DNA of 31,760 nucleotides. Source: Candidatus Iainarchaeum sp. (GTDB taxonomy: Archaea; Iainarchaeota; Iainarchaeia; Iainarchaeales; 0-14-0-20-34-12). The notes under the pieces are model-generated. The model was given only the letters and a program-made list of their open reading frames with translations. It was not told where the DNA came from and did not search any database. Below, in pieces: positions 31,198 to 31,760 of the stretch. The position numbers and the translations under genes are program-made. The stretch's first letter is position 1, and each line of letters begins with the position of its first letter. Where the stretch lies: positions 1 through 31,760 of the forward strand of contig JAUSKK010000033.1 in assembly GCA_030649345.1 (NCBI GenBank). Direction: 5' to 3'.

Positions 31198-31336
31198 ACA
31201 TCGATTTTTTGGGTTTCTTTATTTGGCGGATCATTTTCTGGATTGTTTCATCCAAAGTTTGAGATTGTGTTTCTTTCTTTAAAATTTCCAGTAATTCTCG
31301 TGTTTCTGTTTTAAGTGCAACCGAAGTCGTAGCCAT
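31139..31336 (-). CDS. small antitoxin-like protein (VapB-type partner of the PIN toxin)
   Basis: This 65-aa ORF lies immediately upstream of, and overlaps, the PIN gene. The N-terminal pattern VALKTETRELLEILKK resembles small archaeal antitoxins. The assignment rests mainly on context. Confidence 0.6.
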   Translation of the reverse strand: MATTSVALKTETRELLEILKKETQSQTLDETIQKMIRQIKKPKKSMFGAIKGLPKFKREELDRFD

Positions 31337-31441
31337 TATATCACCATAGAATATAGCACTATAAGTTATATTTAAGAGTATGGTTTATTTGTAGAAATTA
31401 ATCATAAACTCGAGGAAATGGTTTGTGTTTAATAAAATCAC

Positions 31442-31760
31442 TTACTTTGAAACCGCTTGATCAAAATCAATCACATACACTTTAGGAAATTTTTTACCAT
31501 TACGACGGCTTTTCCATTGAATGCAAAAATTGGCATCATGCATGTGCCTGTGTTCAATACTTAGCCTATCTAAATCAGCCTCAATTTTTTTTACCATATC
31601 CTCCCCGGGAACATACGACATTACCACGACAATCACAAAAGAGATAACTAAACCTATGTTTAGGATCGCATCATTATCAATATAAAGCATACCAGATAGA
31701 ATAAATATGCCTAATCCCCACCATTTAGACCATCCTATATCATTTAATCTCCATGCTGTA
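31442..31760 (-). CDS. hypothetical membrane protein (N-terminus runs off the window)
   Basis: The reading frame stays open upstream of the track ATG (31690) to the window edge (..TAWRLNDIGWSKWWGLGIFILSGMLYID..). There are two hydrophobic segments and then a soluble tail. Confidence 0.45.
   Translation of the reverse strand, partial: TAWRLNDIGWSKWWGLGIFILSGMLYIDNDAILNIGLVISFVIVVVMSYVPGEDMVKKIEADLDRLSIEHRHMHDANFCIQWKSRRNGKKFPKVYVIDFDQAVSK

Noticed and set aside
1-31760. I looked for CRISPR arrays, tRNA or rRNA genes, transposases, integrases and inteins.
   Set aside because: I saw no regularly spaced direct repeats with unique spacers, no cloverleaf-compatible GC-rich 70-90-nt segment, no rRNA-like stretch, and no ORF with recombinase, transposase or intein motifs. 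The only repeats are the short leader, promoter and hairpin elements reported above.

Overview
This is a low-GC, densely coding archaeal chromosome segment. My spot counts of 60-nt lines give about 27-37% G+C. Archaeal identity rests on GatE, Spt5, SecE/Sec61-gamma and an acidic P1 stalk protein ending in SGLSALFG. The AT-rich, compact style suggests a small-genome DPANN-like lineage, but that is inference only.

Contents, left to right:
- A minus-strand, translationally coupled sugar operon: leader uORF, UDP-glucose 6-dehydrogenase, GlpX FBPase, class II aldolase, sugar-1-P nucleotidyltransferase and UDP-xylose synthase.
- A divergent ribbon-helix-helix::nucleotidyltransferase-like fusion gene, across a repeat-rich 317-bp spacer.
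- A polytopic membrane protein.
- An 810-aa protein with SMC-type heads but a Rad50-type CxxC hook where the hinge should be.
- A secreted, membrane-anchored, ATPase-less Lon (S16) protease.
- The conserved archaeal ftsZ-secE-spt5-L11 / L1-L10-L12 cluster. It is split by an opposite-strand Arg-rich orphan and a structured spacer, and is followed by a second Arg-rich orphan.
- An eIF-2B/R15P-isomerase-like gene, a 718-aa sequon-rich surface protein, gatE, an MFS transporter and PGI/PMI.
- A third orphan (HExxH) co-transcribed with a VIT1/CCC1 metal transporter.
- A PHP phosphoesterase, a small zinc-finger ORF, malic enzyme, msrB, vapBC and a partial membrane ORF.

I found no rRNA, tRNA, CRISPR array, transposase or integrase.

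The most unusual signals:
- The SMC/Rad50 chimeric architecture.
- The RHH-pseudo-nucleotidyltransferase candidate regulator facing the nucleotide-sugar operon.
- A recurring 10-bp-arm hairpin that presents a GAGG/AAGG loop immediately before ATG, at three unrelated loci.
- Tandem duplications of translation-initiation regions that create uORFs, at ugd and secE.
- A 24-bp perfect palindrome equidistant from two divergent start codons.
- A short P0 stalk protein lacking the acidic tail.
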